From sequence record MZ234052.1: 64,000 bases of DNA. One strand, written 5' to 3'. This document shows positions 48,843-58,304 of this stretch, one piece after another. Each line of letters starts with the position of its first letter. The stretch's first letter is position 1. Position numbers and translations under genes: made by a program. The notes under the pieces are model-generated. The model was not told where the DNA came from and did not search any database. It saw only the letters and a list, made by a program, of their open reading frames with translations. This stretch comes from Escherichia phage vB_EcoM-PM133.

Positions 48843-49436
48843 ATGAACACACTGAAGAAAATTGTTGAGTTTATTCACACTAAACTTGGTTCTGCTATGG
48901 CTAAAAATCTATCTGTCGAAGAACAGTATACTGCTGCAGCAGCAAAACTACTTGATAAAATTAAAGATCTAAAAACTGCTTCTGTTAAATCTATTAACGA
49001 AGAAAAACGTATTCGTGAACTTGTTATCGAAAAGAATCGACAGGCCGAATCAAAAGAGCGTGAAATTCGTAAACTTCTTTCCGAAGGCCAAGATGTAACA
49101 ATGCATGCTAAACTCGGTTTACTATATCGTCGAACAGCTGAGCAGTTGACTACTAAGGCTGACGGTTATGCTGAAATGCGAATTGAAATCGCCAAGAAAG
49201 TAGTTGAGTTAGATGATGCTCGTCAAGAACTTGCGGTTAAATTGGAATATATCCGTGAAACTCGTGCAGCGAATGCCCTTGGAATTAGTACTGCCGATGA
49301 TGTAGTTGAAATTGCAGCACTGACTAAGGTTGATATTGAAGATACCCTTGCTCGAGTTGAAACCTTTAACGGTAATATTTCTGGGGTTGAAACTACCTCT
49401 GCCGATGTTCAGGAATACATTAATTCTCTGAAATAA
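48843..49436 (+). CDS. hypothetical coiled-coil protein
   Basis: 197-aa ORF with RBS AAGGAAA; followed by a hairpin. Confidence 0.55.
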   Translation: MNTLKKIVEFIHTKLGSAMAKNLSVEEQYTAAAAKLLDKIKDLKTASVKSINEEKRIRELVIEKNRQAESKEREIRKLLSEGQDVTMHAKLGLLYRRTAEQLTTKADGYAEMRIEIAKKVVELDDARQELAVKLEYIRETRAANALGISTADDVVEIAALTKVDIEDTLARVETFNGNISGVETTSADVQEYINSLK

Positions 49437-49440
49437 TGAT

Positions 49441-49460
49441 AAGGGGCTTCGGCCCCTTAT
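49441..49460 (+). terminator. terminator-like hairpin
   Basis: aaggggcttcggcccctt after the stop at 49436; weak U-tract. Confidence 0.4.
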
Positions 49461-49477
49461 ACTTGGAGTAAATAGGA

Positions 49478-50092
49478 ATGAAAATGAAAATGCAAAGTGA
49501 TTTCAATTCAATGTTTGAAGAGTTCCAAAAACAGGTTGATGTTCCAGACCAATTACTAAATGCTCTTAAACGCATGGCAGAAGGACGTAATTACTATTGG
49601 GGGTCTTCATATGAAACTGATGAAAGCCTTTCCGGAAGATTTTCTAGAGGTAAAAAGTCTTTAATACGTCCTGGAATACTCATTAACAGTATTGAATCAA
49701 TTCATTCATTGACGTGTGATTTTGATGTTGAATTTACTGATTTCATTTCTCCTGAATGGACGGTTTGTTATTTAAACGACGATTTTGATTATCTCGGTGT
49801 TTATAGTTTAAGTGACGCATGGTTTAAACGTAATTTACAAAAGTCAAATTTATTTTATATTGATACTACTGTAAAATTTCAGGGCAAGAAATATTTCTTT
49901 ACTCTTATAGTTGATTCTGAAACGAAGCATGAAAATAAACGTATTCTTAGTAAAAAGAATATCTTAACTATTGTTGATGATCTTTTTGATAAATTTGTAG
50001 AAAATCCCAATTTTGAAAGTGATTTATTACTAGAAAAATTTGTTAAGGAATGTAGAGAATATGTCAAAACCATCACTATACCTTCCAAGTAA
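49478..50092 (+). CDS. hypothetical protein
   Basis: 204-aa ORF; C-terminus KFVKECREYVK overlaps the next gene's start. Confidence 0.55.
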   Translation: MKMKMQSDFNSMFEEFQKQVDVPDQLLNALKRMAEGRNYYWGSSYETDESLSGRFSRGKKSLIRPGILINSIESIHSLTCDFDVEFTDFISPEWTVCYLNDDFDYLGVYSLSDAWFKRNLQKSNLFYIDTTVKFQGKKYFFTLIVDSETKHENKRILSKKNILTIVDDLFDKFVENPNFESDLLLEKFVKECREYVKTITIPSK

Positions 50093-50453
50093 ACCTGTGA
50101 AGTATGAACCAAAGCGTCAGATAATTTCTACTGATGTGTTAATAGGTCCTGTTATACTCATATCATTTGTAATTCTATTGATTATTGGAGGTGTTTTAGA
50201 TGTTATGACTGATATTGATTCTGGCGAAATACTTGTGTTAATGCTAATTCTTCCATTAATAGTTCCACTTTTATTAGTACCCGTAAATTGGGTAGGATAC
50301 TGGTATCAAGGAAGACATTATCGTAAACGTGTACGTGATTGGAAAGCTCAGTGTAAAAAGATTAAAAAGGAACACCGGCTTAAGCTAGATATGTATGAAT
50401 TTGATGAAATTATGAAATTTGTTAAGGAATCACGATGCAAAAGCCAAAACTAA
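50061..50453 (+). CDS. small membrane protein (paralog family)
   Basis: Start chosen at MSKPSLYL; two transmembrane helices; C-terminus FVKESRCKSQN. Confidence 0.5.
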   Translation: MSKPSLYLPSKPVKYEPKRQIISTDVLIGPVILISFVILLIIGGVLDVMTDIDSGEILVLMLILPLIVPLLLVPVNWVGYWYQGRHYRKRVRDWKAQCKKIKKEHRLKLDMYEFDEIMKFVKESRCKSQN

Positions 50454-50797
50454 ATAAAGTCAAATATTCGTTTCCTGAGGCACTATTAATTCTTGCTGTA
50501 TCAGTATTTGCAGCTCTTGCGGGTAGTCTTATTGGATTGTTAATTGACTGTTTTATTTTAAATATCGACGGCACAGTAATTATAACAGAGGTTTGGAGTG
50601 AACTTCGTTTTACTATAGCGATTTCATTATTTTCATTCTTTGGTACCATGTTATATTTTCATTATGATAATTTTAAAATAAATTGGCAAAGAAAAAAGGA
50701 TTACAAAATACAATTAAAGGAATATAATAGCTATATGTCTTATATTGAAAAAGAATCAATGGAAGAGTTTGTGAGTGATTGTAGGAAAATTAAATGA
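50435..50797 (+). CDS. small membrane protein (paralog family)
   Basis: 120-aa ORF; two transmembrane helices; C-terminus EEFVSDCRKIK. Confidence 0.55.
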   Translation: MQKPKLNKVKYSFPEALLILAVSVFAALAGSLIGLLIDCFILNIDGTVIITEVWSELRFTIAISLFSFFGTMLYFHYDNFKINWQRKKDYKIQLKEYNSYMSYIEKESMEEFVSDCRKIK

Positions 50798-51282
50798 TTT
50801 TAAAAACTCGCTGGTATGATTTAGATGATGGGGACGATGGCATTTCAGTTGATAGAGTTGACTGGAATGGTTGTTCTGAAGATATGAAAAATTTGTTGAT
50901 TAGGGAGTTTAGAATGGGATATCAAGCAGCTAAGCCATTTACTGTAACAGATGATAAGTTCGTATGTATTCAAAACGGTCGCGCTAAGTTAACGAATGCT
51001 GATTGGTTCACAGATAAGAAGGTTCTTCTGTGGTATATCATTAGTCTTCCTATATCATCGTTCGTATTTTACTTTTTTATAAAAAATCCAATGGACAGAA
51101 TAGGAGATTGGGTTCTTTTAACTATACTTGTTAATATTTTTACAGCAGCAGTATTATCAGGAATATGGCGTATGTTCATTGAAATGCCATGGCGTTTACG
51201 CAGACAACAAAAGATTTTTGATGAAAAGAAATATACTCAAAATTTAAATAACTTTATCACTGAATGCAGGAAATTAAAATGA
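50794..51282 (+). CDS. small membrane protein (paralog family)
   Basis: 162-aa ORF; transmembrane helices; C-terminus NNFITECRKLK. Confidence 0.55.
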   Translation: MILKTRWYDLDDGDDGISVDRVDWNGCSEDMKNLLIREFRMGYQAAKPFTVTDDKFVCIQNGRAKLTNADWFTDKKVLLWYIISLPISSFVFYFFIKNPMDRIGDWVLLTILVNIFTAAVLSGIWRMFIEMPWRLRRQQKIFDEKKYTQNLNNFITECRKLK

Positions 51283-51711
51283 AAACATTATCAGCTGGTA
51301 TTATCTTTATGACAGAAGATAAAGATTTATTTATGGGACGAGTTACCGGTTCTCGTAAACCTGGAATGATTGCACATCGCTGGGATATTCCAAAGGGGCG
51401 TGTAGAAAGTTCTGATTTGAATGCACTGGAAGCTGCAAAAAGAGAATGCTCAGAAGAGACTGGTTTTATCGATTATAATCCAGACCTTCTAGAAGACTTA
51501 GGTGTATTTAAATATTCTAGTAATAAAGACTTACAGTTATTTTATTATACGATTCCAGTAGAGCATGAGATGTTTAGAAATTGCCATTGCGAGTCTTATT
51601 TTGAAAATAAAGATGGCGTTATGATTCCAGAGATGGATGCTTTTGCTCTTATTCCTCGTACTCAGTGGCAATATGTGATGGGTCCTTCACTTTACCGAAT
51701 AATGAACAGCC

Positions 51712-51719
<8 letters not shown>
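51264..51719 (+). CDS. nudE: Nudix hydrolase NudE
   Basis: 151-aa ORF with Nudix box GRVESSDLNALEAAKRECSEETGF; alternative start at 51279 (ATGA overlap). Confidence 0.8.
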
Positions 51720-52250
<531 letters not shown>

Positions 52251-52254
52251 AGTT

Positions 52255-52284
52255 GTTTACTTTCTCCTAGAATTGTGATAGTAT
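52255..52284 (+). promoter_or_regulatory. T4-type early promoter upstream of denV
   Basis: -35 GTTTAC (52255-52260), 17 nt spacer, -10 TGaTAGTAT (52276-52284). Confidence 0.55.
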
Positions 52285-52309
52285 ATTCACAGTTACTTGG
52301 AGGGATAAA

Positions 52310-52726
52310 ATGACTCGTATTAATTTGACTTTAGTATCTGAACTTGCTGATCAACATTTAATCGCAGAATACCGTGAATTGCCGCGTGTTTTTGGTATAG
52401 TTCGTAAGCATGTGGCAAACGGTAAGCGCGTTAAAGATTTTAAAATATCTTCTAAATTTATTTTAGGTTCTGGTCATGTTACTTTCTTTTACGATAAGTT
52501 AGAATTTTTGCGAAAGCGTCAATTAGACATTATAACGGAATGCTTAAAACGAGGGTTCAGTATAAAAGATACTGAAGTTCCTGACATCAGCGATATTCCA
52601 GTAGAATGGAAAAATGATTATAATCCATGCAAATCAGCTATTAAATTGAGTCAACAACGACTTGATGAAAAAATTTTAATGAAACCACATTGGTATAAGT
52701 ATTACGGTAAAAATATTTACATTTAA
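52310..52726 (+). CDS. denV: endonuclease V, pyrimidine dimer DNA glycosylase
   Basis: 138-aa [32 protein letters not shown]; diverged from recalled T4 endoV at several positions. Confidence 0.9.
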   Translation: MTRINLTLVSELADQHLIAEYRELPRVFGIVRKHVANGKRVKDFKISSKFILGSGHVTFFYDKLEFLRKRQLDIITECLKRGFSIKDTEVPDISDIPVEWKNDYNPCKSAIKLSQQRLDEKILMKPHWYKYYGKNIYI

Positions 52727-52735
52727 AGGAAACAT

Positions 52736-53053
52736 ATGAAAACATATCAAGAATTTATTGCAGAATCTGCCGCAGGACAACGTGTAGAAGGCGGTTATAT
52801 TTGGATTGAACAAGTTGAGCCGCCGAGTCGCACTTCTACAGGTAAATGGAAAATCACTGTTGATGGTCCTGGTGGTAAACGTAGGACTCTTAAAGAAATT
52901 AACGGGTACTATGAAGAAGCTCTTTCAGACGCGGGTACTTATATGATGCAAATTATGATTAAAAACCCAGAAAATCGTTTTGCAGCTAGAGTTTTTCGTC
53001 GTATTGGAAATAAGCTTTACGACGCATATTCTAAAAATTTTCCTAAAGAATAA
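52736..53053 (+). CDS. internal protein with capsid targeting sequence
   Basis: 105-aa ORF starting MKTYQEFIAE; RBS AAAGGAAACATATG. Confidence 0.6.
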   Translation: MKTYQEFIAESAAGQRVEGGYIWIEQVEPPSRTSTGKWKITVDGPGGKRRTLKEINGYYEEALSDAGTYMMQIMIKNPENRFAARVFRRIGNKLYDAYSKNFPKE

Positions 53054-53069
53054 AAATTAAAGGAATCAT

Positions 53070-53543
53070 ATGAAAACATATCAAGAATTTATCACTGAAG
53101 CAGCTATTAATTCTCAAATTATTGCTGAATCTTTTACTGATCTTTTGAAATTTAAAAAAGGTCAAAAAATCACTGCTGTATTGGATGATGGTACAGAAGT
53201 TGAGATGGATGTACAGGGATATAATTATGCAGTAGATGGAAAACTGTATAATAAATCTCATGCTAAATTTGATTCATTTGACGACTTTGTTAATACAGTT
53301 GAAGATGAAAAAACTCGTCGATCCATTGCAACCGGTGATGCTAAGGTTCTTATGGCACATGGTCATGAACGCATTCGCGCTAAACAGAATAAAATGGGCG
53401 AAGATAATTTCGCATTAGTTGGTTATCAATCTGGTAAACAAACTTATGGTTATCAACGTACTGCTACCATGTATAATAAAAATGGTAAAATTGCCTTTGT
53501 AAATAGTAAAGGTTCTATTCAGTACGTTAAATCGTTCAAATAA
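53070..53543 (+). CDS. internal protein with capsid targeting sequence
   Basis: 157-aa ORF starting MKTYQEFITEAA; RBS AAAGGAATCATATG. Confidence 0.6.
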   Translation: MKTYQEFITEAAINSQIIAESFTDLLKFKKGQKITAVLDDGTEVEMDVQGYNYAVDGKLYNKSHAKFDSFDDFVNTVEDEKTRRSIATGDAKVLMAHGHERIRAKQNKMGEDNFALVGYQSGKQTYGYQRTATMYNKNGKIAFVNSKGSIQYVKSFK

Positions 53544-53678
53544 TATGGGAACAGCCTGGACCTCATTTGAGGTATTCCCGTCAACCTGTGATAAGGTCGA
53601 GCCAAAGCGCGGTAATGGGTAATGCAGGAATGGACAACTCATGTGCCATGGAATGGCCCAAAAATTAAGAGAGAAAAT

Positions 53679-54218
53679 ATGAGAACATTTTTAACTGGCC
53701 CGTATCTATCCCTGATGAATGCTTTTACACACCATTCTGATGCTAGAGTAGAAGAAATTTGTAAAAACGAATATATCCCGCCATTTGAAGAATTACTTAA
53801 GCAGTACTGCACACTTCGTATAGATGGTGGACGTCAATCTGGTAAATCAATTGCTGTGACTAACTTTGCTGCTAATTGGCTGTATGATGGCGGAACAGTT
53901 ATTGTTCTTTCTAATACTTCAGCTTACGCTAAAATTTCTGCAAATAACATTAAAAAGGAATTTTCGCGTTATTCTAATGATGATATACGTTTTCGTTTAT
54001 TTACTGATTCTGTACGCAGTTTTATTGGTAATAAAGGAAGCAAGTTCAGAGGTTTATCGCTTTCGCGAATTTTGTATATAATTGATGAGCCTGTCAAATC
54101 TCCTGATATGGATAAGATTTATAGCGTCCATATTGACACTGTACACTACTGCTGTAATAGTAAATGTTGTATTGGTGGTATTACTCGTCCACAGTTTTTC
54201 GTAATCGGAATGCAATAA
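53679..54218 (+). CDS. small P-loop NTPase-like protein
   Basis: Start chosen at MRTFLTGPYL; Walker A GGRQSGKS and Walker B-like ILYIIDEP. Confidence 0.5.
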   Translation: MRTFLTGPYLSLMNAFTHHSDARVEEICKNEYIPPFEELLKQYCTLRIDGGRQSGKSIAVTNFAANWLYDGGTVIVLSNTSAYAKISANNIKKEFSRYSNDDIRFRLFTDSVRSFIGNKGSKFRGLSLSRILYIIDEPVKSPDMDKIYSVHIDTVHYCCNSKCCIGGITRPQFFVIGMQ

Positions 54219-54544
54219 TGACAGACACACAGCTTTTCGAATATCTCTATTTTTCGCCAAAAACTATTAAAAATAAATTGGTAAATCATTTTGAAATTTT
54301 GGCAAATAACAACATTTTAAGCGAATTTTATCCCAAGCAATACAAATTACAAAAAGGTGTATTCAAAGGATGCAGAGTTTTGTGCACTGCTCCTAACGCA
54401 CAGTTAATGAATAAAATTCCATATTTTACCATGGAATTTATTGATGGACCTTTTAAAGGACTAATCACCCAAAGTTTAATGGCATATGATTCTGAGCCAT
54501 TTTTAATTAAAGAACAATCTTGGATAAATTTATTTTCTAATTGA
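54218..54544 (+). CDS. hypothetical protein
   Basis: Start chosen at MTDTQLFEY (ATGA overlap); ORF track extends upstream to 54164. Confidence 0.5.
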   Translation: MTDTQLFEYLYFSPKTIKNKLVNHFEILANNNILSEFYPKQYKLQKGVFKGCRVLCTAPNAQLMNKIPYFTMEFIDGPFKGLITQSLMAYDSEPFLIKEQSWINLFSN

Positions 54545-54551
54545 GGTTTAT

Positions 54552-54914
54552 ATGAAAGCATATCAAATTCTTGAAGGCACACATAAAGGTACTATTTATT
54601 TTGAAGATGGTATTCAAGCACGAATTATTGTCTCTAAAACCTTTAAAGAGGACTCTTTTGTAGACCCAGAAATTTTCTACGGTTTGCATGCTCGTGAAAT
54701 TGAAATTGAGCCACAGCCTACAGTTAAAATTGAAGGTGGTCAACACCTGAACGTTAACGTTCTGCGTCGTGAAACTCTGGAAGATGCAGTTAAGCATCCG
54801 GAAAAATATCCGCAGCTGACCATCCGTGTATCCGGTTATGCAGTTCGCTTTAACTCTCTGACTCCGGAACAGCAGCGCGACGTTATTGCTCGTACCTTTA
54901 CTGAGAGCTTATAA
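54552..54914 (+). CDS. GrcA/YfiD-like autonomous glycyl radical cofactor
   Basis: 120-aa ORF; C-terminus ...[33 protein letters not shown] carries the glycyl-radical motif RVSGY and matches recalled E. coli GrcA. Confidence 0.8.
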   Translation: MKAYQILEGTHKGTIYFEDGIQARIIVSKTFKEDSFVDPEIFYGLHAREIEIEPQPTVKIEGGQHLNVNVLRRETLEDAVKHPEKYPQLTIRVSGYAVRFNSLTPEQQRDVIARTFTESL

Positions 54915-55135
54915 TGGCAAAGATAATTATTGAAGGTTCTAAAGATGTGCTAAATGCTTTCGCCGAGTGGTTTAGTAATTCAGGCGAACAGCAATTTAAC
55001 GAAGCGTGGAATATGGGTGATATTGATGGAATTTATCCTACTACAGAAATTTCTGTTCAGGGATATGGCATTCATGAACCTATTCGTTTAGTTGAATACG
55101 ATTTATGTACTGGTGAGGAAGTCAAATATGATTGA
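54914..55135 (+). CDS. hypothetical protein
   Basis: 73-aa ORF; ATG overlaps the preceding stop. Confidence 0.45.
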   Translation: MAKIIIEGSKDVLNAFAEWFSNSGEQQFNEAWNMGDIDGIYPTTEISVQGYGIHEPIRLVEYDLCTGEEVKYD

Positions 55136-55394
55136 AGATATTAAAGGTTATAAGCCACATACCGACGAAAAAATCGGTAAAGTAAATGCTATTAAAGACG
55201 CTGAAGTTCGTTTAGGACTTATCTTTGATGCTTTATATGATGAATTCTGGGAAGCACTAGATAATTGCGAAGACTTTGAACTCGCGAAGAATTATGCTGA
55301 AAGCCTCGATCAGTTAGCTATTGCTAAAACGAAACTCAAAGAAGCCAGTATGTGGGCTTGTCGTGCTGTGTTCCAACCAGAGGAAAAATACTAA
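55128..55394 (+). CDS. hypothetical protein
   Basis: Start chosen at [11 protein letters not shown], overlapping the preceding stop. Confidence 0.45.
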   Translation: MIEDIKGYKPHTDEKIGKVNAIKDAEVRLGLIFDALYDEFWEALDNCEDFELAKNYAESLDQLAIAKTKLKEASMWACRAVFQPEEKY

Positions 55395-55672
55395 TGGCTC
55401 AATTAAGCGCAGGGTTTGGTTATGAGTATTATACTGCCCCTCGTCGTGTGTCTGCTGCTCCTAAGAAAATTCAAAGTCTTGATGACTTCCAGGAAGTAGT
55501 CCGTAACGCTTTCCAGGACTATGCACGGTATCTTAAAGAAGATTCACAGGACTGTCTCGAAGAAGATGAAATTGCTTACTATACGCAGCGTCTTGAACAG
55601 CTCAAAAATCTACATGAGGTTCGTGCAGAAGTTTCAAAGTCTATGAATAAATTGATTAGATTTAAAGAATAA
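55394..55672 (+). CDS. hypothetical protein
   Basis: Start chosen at [13 protein letters not shown] (TAATG overlap). Confidence 0.5.
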   Translation: MAQLSAGFGYEYYTAPRRVSAAPKKIQSLDDFQEVVRNAFQDYARYLKEDSQDCLEEDEIAYYTQRLEQLKNLHEVRAEVSKSMNKLIRFKE

Positions 55673-55675
55673 CTG

Positions 55676-55704
55676 TTTACTTTTCCTCTTGACTGTGGTA
55701 TAAT
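55676..55704 (+). promoter_or_regulatory. T4-type early promoter upstream of regB
   Basis: -35 TTTACT (55677-55682), 16 nt spacer, extended -10 TGgTATAAT (55696-55704). Confidence 0.65.
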
Positions 55705-55731
55705 TTTTCTATCAGTTAAGAGGAGAACAAC

Positions 55732-56193
55732 ATGACTATCAATACAGAAGTTTTTATCCGTCGAAATAAGCTTCGTCGTCATTTTGAGTCGGAGTTTCGT
55801 CAAATTAACAATGAGATTCGTGAGGCATCAAAAGCAGCAGGAGTCTCATCGTTTCATCTAAAATATTCTCAACATCTTCTTGATCGTGCAATTCAACGGG
55901 AGATTGATGAGACATATGTTTTTGAATTATTCCATAAAATAAAAGACCATGTTTTAGAAGTTAATGAATTCCTGAGTATGCCTCCGCGTCCTGACATTGA
56001 CGAGGATTTTATTGATGGGGTTGAATATCGTCCTGGACGTTTAGAAATCACAGATGGAAATCTTTGGCTTGGATTTACGGTTTGTAAGCCTAATGAGAAG
56101 TTCAAAGACCCGTCACTTCAATGCAGGATGGCAATTATCAACAGTCGTCGTTTACCAGGAAAGGCTTCTAAAGCAGTAATTAAAACTCAATGA
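55732..56193 (+). CDS. regB: RegB sequence-specific endoribonuclease
   Basis: 153-aa ORF MTINTEVFIRRNKLRRHFESEFRQINNEIREASK; early promoter and RBS GAGGAG upstream. Confidence 0.8.
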   Translation: MTINTEVFIRRNKLRRHFESEFRQINNEIREASKAAGVSSFHLKYSQHLLDRAIQREIDETYVFELFHKIKDHVLEVNEFLSMPPRPDIDEDFIDGVEYRPGRLEITDGNLWLGFTVCKPNEKFKDPSLQCRMAIINSRRLPGKASKAVIKTQ

Positions 56194-56200
56194 GGTAAGC

Positions 56201-56746
56201 ATGAGAAAAGCACTACTCGCTGGTCTATTGGCCATTTCAATGATGGCACATAGCTCCGAGCATACTTTCAGTAATGTCCAACTCGATAACATGCGTTACG
56301 CGTATCAATTCGGGGAACAATTTTCTAAGGATGGAAAATATAAAACACACAAAAATATCCACAAGAGCGGATTGGGTCATATAATGGCTGCTATTTTATG
56401 GCAAGAAAGCTCTGGCGGAGTTAATTTAAAATCTAAAGCAAAGCATCACGCCTACGGAATGTTCCAAAATTATTTGCCTACTATGCGAGCAAGAGTTAAG
56501 GAACTTGGTTATAATATGACCGATGCTGAAATAAAAAGAATGTTGAATAAACGGTCCAATTCAGCTTCCTGGGCGTACATTGAACTTTCTTATTGGTTAA
56601 ATATACATAAGGGCGATATAAGAAAAGCAATATCCTCTTATAATTCGGGATGGAATGTTAAAGCAGGTTCTAAATATGCTTCTGAAGTCCTAGAAAAGGC
56701 TAATTACCTTAAAAATAATAAACTTTTGGAAATAGTAAATGACTAA
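56201..56746 (+). CDS. secreted lytic-transglycosylase-like protein
   Basis: 181-aa ORF with signal peptide MRKALLAGLLAISMMAHS and SLT-like motifs WQESSGG, GMFQ, SYNSGW. Confidence 0.5.
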   Translation: MRKALLAGLLAISMMAHSSEHTFSNVQLDNMRYAYQFGEQFSKDGKYKTHKNIHKSGLGHIMAAILWQESSGGVNLKSKAKHHAYGMFQNYLPTMRARVKELGYNMTDAEIKRMLNKRSNSASWAYIELSYWLNIHKGDIRKAISSYNSGWNVKAGSKYASEVLEKANYLKNNKLLEIVND

Positions 56747-57080
56747 AATTTTGGTTTTATGTATAGGATTAATTTCATTTTCTGCGTTAGCAGATACATC
56801 ATATACTGAAATTAGAGAGTATGTAAACCGTACTGCAGCGGATTATTGCGGGAAAAATAAAGCATGCCAAGCTGAATTTGCGCAGAAATTAATATATGCA
56901 TATAAAGACGGAGAAAGAGATAAATCAAGCAGATACAAAAATGATACATTGTTAAAACGATATGCTAAAAAGTGGAATACCTTAGAATGTTCAGTTGCGG
57001 AGGAGAAAGATAAAGCCGCTTGTCATTCAATGGTTGACCGTTTGGTAGATTCTTATAATCGAGGATTGAGTACTAGATGA
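56739..57080 (+). CDS. periplasmic Cys-containing small protein
   Basis: 113-aa ORF with signal peptide MTKILVLCIGLISFSALA and four Cys. Confidence 0.5.
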   Translation: MTKILVLCIGLISFSALADTSYTEIREYVNRTAADYCGKNKACQAEFAQKLIYAYKDGERDKSSRYKNDTLLKRYAKKWNTLECSVAEEKDKAACHSMVDRLVDSYNRGLSTR

Positions 57081-57556
57081 TTGTAAAATATATCAAGGGC
57101 GATATTGTCGCCCTATTTCTTCAAGGTAATATTATTGCGCACGGGTGCAATTGTTTTCATACTATGGGTTCAGGTGTAGCTGGTCAATTAGCAAGAGCCT
57201 ATCCCAAAATTTTAGAAATAGATAAAACCACTACTGAGTACGGTTCTCGTGATAAATTAGGCGATATGTCTATTGTTTTTAAACATAAACCTAATGGTTT
57301 TGGTATATGCTATAACCTGTATACGCAATACGAACCAGGTCCTAATCTTGATTATGGTGCTTTAGTAAACTGCATGATAGAATTAAATCTACAGGCAGAA
57401 ACCCTTTTGTTTAAACCAGTAATTTACATTCCACGCATAGGTTGTGGTATTGCTGGCGGCGATTGGGATAAGGTTTCTAAATTAATCGACATGTTTACTC
57501 CTGATATTGATTTAATAGTGGTGGATTATGAAAGTGCATTACCCACATCCGTTTGA
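57077..57556 (+). CDS. macro-domain-like protein (putative ADP-ribose binding / hydrolase)
   Basis: 159-aa ORF; KGDIV...IAHGCNCFHTMGSGVAGQLARAYP and PRIGCGIAGGDWD resemble macro-domain motifs (GDIT...NAAN...GGGVxxAI; PAISTGVYG). Confidence 0.5.
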   Translation: MIVKYIKGDIVALFLQGNIIAHGCNCFHTMGSGVAGQLARAYPKILEIDKTTTEYGSRDKLGDMSIVFKHKPNGFGICYNLYTQYEPGPNLDYGALVNCMIELNLQAETLLFKPVIYIPRIGCGIAGGDWDKVSKLIDMFTPDIDLIVVDYESALPTSV

Positions 57557-57740
57557 TCCTAAAAACAAAGCAGTAATTATTCGTCAATGGGAACGCATTT
57601 GCCGTACTAAATGTCCAATTAATAGTCCACATGATGTAGATAAAGACTACATTGGAACATTCGTTGAATATACCTTTATTGATAAGAAAGGTCGTAAACA
57701 ACATGTAGAAGAATATTGCTTAAAGGTTACATGGTTATGA
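57528..57740 (+). CDS. hypothetical protein
   Basis: 70-aa ORF overlapping the preceding gene's 3' end. Confidence 0.4.
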   Translation: MKVHYPHPFDPKNKAVIIRQWERICRTKCPINSPHDVDKDYIGTFVEYTFIDKKGRKQHVEEYCLKVTWL

Positions 57741-57943
57741 GCCAAACTAGTATTCTTAAAAATGCCCACTGTGAAAAGTGTAAGTGGCCGGTTGTTTTTG
57801 CTTTATGCAACGATGAAATGGCTTGTGATTTCGATTATTGGTGCTATTGTTCTAATAAAGGATGCATCAATCATAAAGGTGAAGGATTTTATTCAGGATT
57901 TTATCCTTATCCTGATTTCGTTAAAGAAGGTAAACCAAAATGA
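57731..57943 (+). CDS. Cys-rich small protein (possible zinc binding)
   Basis: CEKCK...C..C...C.C..C..GC pattern; start at 57731 or 57737. Confidence 0.45.
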   Translation: MVMSQTSILKNAHCEKCKWPVVFALCNDEMACDFDYWCYCSNKGCINHKGEGFYSGFYPYPDFVKEGKPK

Positions 57944-58113
57944 ATAGTTTTGAGTTACAATACGAAGTGTTACGTGAGCTTGATAATTTAATTGAACTCG
58001 CTGTTAATAAAGGTTTTGCCATTGGAATCGGTCAAAAAGATACTGGTCATTTAACTATGGAAATATTTAAGCAAAAGCGAATTATTTTAAAACTCCTGGA
58101 AATTAATATATGA
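57940..58113 (+). CDS. hypothetical small protein
   Basis: 57-aa ORF translationally coupled to both neighbours. Confidence 0.4.
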   Translation: MNSFELQYEVLRELDNLIELAVNKGFAIGIGQKDTGHLTMEIFKQKRIILKLLEINI

Positions 58114-58295
58114 GTCTGAGCAAAGAACAAAAAGATAAATTGTTTGAGCTTATCCATGAACTTCTAGATGAGCATATAGAAGCAAACACCTTTTATGATG
58201 AATACGGCCCGCTATCTCCCGAACAGCAGGAAGAATTTGCTGATCGGTTTGATAAGAAAGAAAATGAATTAATAGCTTATGTGAATACGCTTTAA
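58110..58295 (+). CDS. hypothetical acidic protein
   Basis: 61-aa ORF immediately upstream of tk. Confidence 0.5.
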   Translation: MSLSKEQKDKLFELIHELLDEHIEANTFYDEYGPLSPEQQEEFADRFDKKENELIAYVNTL

Positions 58296-58304
58296 GAAGG
58301 TGAT

